Assembly (NCBI RefSeq): GCF_028641065.1
Contig: NC_073380.1
Coordinates: forward strand, 92,504,001 to 92,568,000
Direction: 5' to 3'
DNA from: Leucoraja erinacea
Taxonomy: Eukaryota
DNA length: 64,000 bases
Shown: positions 62,941-64,000 of the stretch, in pieces
Layout of the letters: every line of letters begins with the position of its first letter
Position numbering within the stretch: the stretch's first letter is position 1
Translations under genes and position numbers: made by a program
The notes under the pieces: model-generated
Seen by the model: only the letters and a program-made list of their open reading frames with translations
Database searches by the model: none
Told to the model about the DNA's origin: nothing

Positions 62941-64000
62941 GTCCCTTCTAATCCAAACTCAGAGTTATTCGAGCATTCCCACTAGACCAGTACAGCCAAC
63001 TAAATGGAATGTCATTATCTTACTAAATAATATGCTTACTGTACTAATGGGAAATCTGAGAACTGCCCTGTCAGAAAGTTTAGATAGAAACCTGACCATT
63101 TTTATACTTTGAAATCTAAATACAATGGATCCTGAACAATATATACATCATGTAGCCAGTTTTCTATTGTCACCAGAGGATGCTTCGGCATGAAATCAGC
63201 TTTTCCTGCATCTATAAATCTTTTCAAGTTTACCCATGCTGCGACAGGCCACTATGTTCTAGCAGAGACACATCTTGTGTTTGGTACAAAGCAGATCCAA
63301 TCTTGGTCAAATGCCAACCAGGCAAGGTGACCTTATATCCCTATGGCACTGACTAATGGGATCTGAATGAGGTTCAGTATTGGATGATGGCAGGAAAACA
63401 TATTTCCCCAGACACCTGAAGCCTGTCCCTTCACTCCAGATGCTCAGCGGGAGTAGCCAGGGGTGGGAAGTTGTAGGGAGGGAGGGTCAGCAGTTGGCAC
63501 CTTCATCTCCCACATTACAACATGGAATACACTTCAAATCATCACTACATTCATTATAAAACACTGAGGTTGGTTGATATGTAAATACACTTTTTTTTTC
63601 TTGAAAAGCAAATTTGTTTATCCCCTGTGCTAACACGGGGAACCATATTTTCTTTCTTACAACAGGGTTCTAAAGCTACATTTGCACAAATGGACTCCTG
63701 ACTGTTTTGTAAGATTCAGATGTGACATTTCATTATCATGATGATCATTTTGCTGTACACCCACAAATGTACTTTTAATTTAGCTTATAGCAGATATATT
63801 TCACACTTGAGGTAGAACAAAATCATACAGGCACACAGCAGATGCATACTTAATAGAAAGAAACATTACTAATTTTACTAAAGATTTATATGCAAGCTTT
63901 TTTTTCATTATTACCATCAGGGCTGTTAAGCCAAGCAGTAAGTTGTGTTTTTCTCTTCAGTACATTTATCTGAAGAATTCTTATATCAAAATGGTTCTAT

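Noticed and set aside
1-64000. Prokaryotic systems (CRISPR arrays, operons, defence islands)
   Set aside because: The sequence is vertebrate repeat-rich DNA with no repeat-spacer arrays with unique spacers and no gene-dense operons.

Overview
This is eukaryotic, repeat-dense intergenic or intronic DNA. The repeats point to a cartilaginous fish, most likely a skate or ray (inferred from HE1-like tRNA SINEs, HER-type CR1 LINEs with (TATGTTTC)n tails and Deu-like SINE relics). No host protein-coding gene can be supported. Every recognisable ORF belongs to a retroelement: CR1 APE/RT, a second invertebrate-like CR1-group LINE, RTE, Rex1/Babar, an L1 C-terminus, a Penelope GIY-YIG remnant and a decayed DIRS element (RT, RNase H, methyltransferase, tyrosine recombinase). 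DNA-transposon MITEs (hAT, PIF/Harbinger), a probable Helitron 5' end, satellites and a 150-N gap are also present. The most notable signals are four. (1) About 20 short Penelope-type repeats, the best-preserved carrying a minimal hammerhead ribozyme core (CUGAAGA-A-stem II-GAAAC-GUH); several have 11-15 bp TSDs, start at the catalytic box, or form head-to-head palindromes. (2) The DIRS element has a perfect 79-bp terminal/ICR inverted repeat beside a heavily decayed body. (3) A GC-rich non-autonomous family has a Rex1-type tail and a covarying hairpin. (4) There is a candidate 11-nt microexon. All family assignments are by motif recognition only; no searches were run, and boundaries of old repeats are approximate.
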